This document shows, piece after piece, positions 61,631-64,000 of a stretch of 64,000 bases of DNA (its first letter is position 1; each line of letters begins with the position of its first letter). The position numbers and the translations under genes were made by a program. The stretch is from Squalus acanthias (lineage: Eukaryota): positions 45,200,001 through 45,264,000 of the forward strand of contig CM059432.1 in assembly GCA_030390025.1 (NCBI GenBank), given 5' to 3'. The notes under the pieces are model-generated. The model had not been told where the DNA came from and did no database searches. It worked only from the letters and a program-made list of their open reading frames with translations.

Positions 61631-64000
61631 GACTAGCACACAGGGCTTCCAAGACCTGATTGAGATTAGTTGATCTTATATGACACTGACCAGAACCAGT
61701 GGGCTGCAAGGAGTGGTTGAAGATGTCATTGTCTCTTCAGAGAGTGACATCGAGCCTGCTTCCTAAAGCCCTGTCCAATGCCTACATATGAAGAAGCCTC
61801 TGACATGACCTTGGCACCCATTCCCATTGCAAGTGAAAAGCTGCCAGAAACTGGTCCTTCTAGAACAGCGACTTCATTGAAATGAGTGTTGCCTCCGACC
61901 TCTAAGGCTCCAGGAGAACCTTCCCAGACACCCACTGCTCAAACTCATCTCACTTACAGAGCATCTCATAGGAGTAGTAAATCAGGAGCTAGAGTGAGTA
62001 GGTTGGTTGACATAAAGGAGAATTATGGTGGTAATAAATAGTCATAGATAGTGAATGTTTTTGTTGGCACCTCTTGATTAATATTTTTGTGCAAAATAAT
62101 ATCATTTGACTGCACTGAGTTTATTTCTGTGTAGGCCTGCTTGCGTTTTGGACATGGGAAAGATAGACATCTATCTTATGAAGGAAATTGGCCAAAGTCT
62201 TTGACAGTAAAGGACTTTGAGAGGGGAAAGAGCAGGCAGGTATGAAGTGACCTTACTTGATGTATCAATTTTTATTCATTTAATCACTAAGTTGTGTCCT
62301 TTTCTCTTGACTTGCTACCTCTGGCTGTCCTGCTTGATCTCCTCTTCTCCCTGTGCACCCTCCTCATGCTGTAGGGAGGAAGCTCCTTCCACCCCCTATT
62401 CATCATCATCACCTTTAGCTTATGAAAGCAGCAAGCCTTTCTTCATTGTGATGTTATGCAGTGTACATCAAGCTACAATGATTGTGGAGACCCGCCTGTG
62501 CCTTATTAAAAATCGCAGCAAAACCCCTGAGAGAATATCTAAAGTACCAAAGAGTTCGATATGCAGGCAAAGTAACATCAACCTTCAGTTGCAGCAAAAC
62601 AAAATGGCATCCTTAATGCAGTATCTACTTCAGGATACTTTAATGTTGCTCATACCGCCACTTATACAGTGGCAGTAACTATTTAGAGTGGAAGTTGTAG
62701 AAAATGGGTCGGAGGGGTTAGCCACACCAGATGACCCCATTTAAATGTAGTAGGGTAGGCTCCCAACAGACATTAAAGGAGACTGGTGACTTTTTTGGCA
62801 GGATGATACTGGTGTAATTTTAAACCAGCGGTTTTGAGGCAAGAGGCATTACTGCATTTCATTTACTGCCCCAAAATTGCCAGAAAATTGACAGTAATTC
62901 AGAGGAAAATCCAGTCCTGATGTCATTATGCTGCTTGTATAAGGGGGTCTTACATCATCCATAACATTTTCCATGTCTTGATTCTGAGATACAGGAACTG
63001 AAAGCTTGTGGGTCTGACTTCCCACTGCTGGAAACCTCCATCCCTGGACTTTCTGGAGTGAGTGGGAGGCTCCCTCATTTGCATTTCGATGAGGAGCACC
63101 TGTGACACAATGGGCACATCTCAAGCACCACCAGAAGAAAGGAGACAGGAAATGAGGAATTAGCCAGCCAATTGGTCTTTAGCAGACAGCCTGAGTGCCA
63201 CGGGAACCAATTCATTTCTTTACCTTGGGCTGATTTTTCATCCTAAATGTAGATTTTCTTCGTGGTCTAGACCTGGACCCAGGTCTGGATGCCAGGTGGC
63301 CTCTGCTCAACCTGTGTACCATCTGCTAGCAGTTCCCAGATCTGGGACAAGGAAACTCCTGGACTAGGAGTCCCCTCCCCTGGCCATGCCTGCTCCATCG
63401 TGAGTAACCTTGTTTGGGACGGGGTGGGCGGCCAGGGGTTTCTGTTCTAAACAAGGCCCAGCGGATACTGGCATCGCAGACCAGGACCTGGCATATCCAG
63501 GTCCTGGTCTAATTCCAAGACCTTCTGCCACACTCTTGACAGTCTTCTACTTAGAGTGCATCAGAAAAGATTTTGCACATTTGAGGCCATGCTTTTCAAA
63601 ATTTGACTGGGAAAAAGGGAATTTAAATATATATCCCTTGAGCTCAAATAGAGTTACTAATCAAGCATATATTCAAACGAAACCCACAATGTAATATATT
63701 TGAATTAACTGATTTGGCTTCTCCCTTGGGCACCTGTTACAGACATCGGGGCAATTTTCTGATTTTACTGGTGGGAAGCCCTATCTTCAAGCAACGGTTA
63801 GAGGAAAATCAGGCACACACTGTGGCTGGAACTAATCCGTATTAAAATTACCTGATCCTTTTTCTGTGAGTAAACTTGTTTTTTAACTATGTATGTATCC
63901 TCACAGAAAGATAAAAGCCAGGAACAGGATGCATCACACTTTGGGCTGGATTTTGCGGGGGTCAGTGGGCGCGATCGGTGGTGGGTCGGGTGGGAAAGTG

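Larger units (their letters stand above)
57105..62917. mobile_element. Old Harbinger broken by nested insertions
   Basis: Myb exon 1 (VWNEMA..FRKWFNYLIRVAK|GTGAGT, ~57380-57607); transposase remnant RVSTIIVA*CTLHNI on - at ~62445-62495. Ends uncertain. Confidence 0.55.

Overview
Eukaryotic, repeat-dominated vertebrate DNA. The repeat families point to a cartilaginous fish (inference). I found no convincing host gene; the window is mostly nested transposable elements. (1) PIF/Harbinger DNA transposons with about 12-bp TIRs and 3-bp TSDs. One near-intact copy (8000-12191) has an intact 3-exon Myb/SANT gene and a convergent HARBI1-type DDE transposase broken by a single in-frame TGA. There are also a decayed full-length copy, Myb-only deletion derivatives and MITEs. 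(2) CR1 LINEs, including one apparently full-length copy with intact ORF1 (Zn finger + SGNH esterase) and ORF2 (APE + RT) at about 51055-55631, plus many fragments. (3) Penelope-like elements (RT + GIY-YIG) whose 3' modules contain minimal type I hammerhead ribozyme motifs, plus ~200-bp non-coding palindromic mini-elements built from two such modules. (4) tRNA-derived and Deu-type SINEs. The most notable observations are the hammerhead modules with stem covariation, a Harbinger family that carries a hammerhead-module-derived hairpin as cargo, the apparent pairing of Myb-domain types with subterminal motif types, and a duplicated 3' module and candidate 5'UTR intron in the intact CR1.
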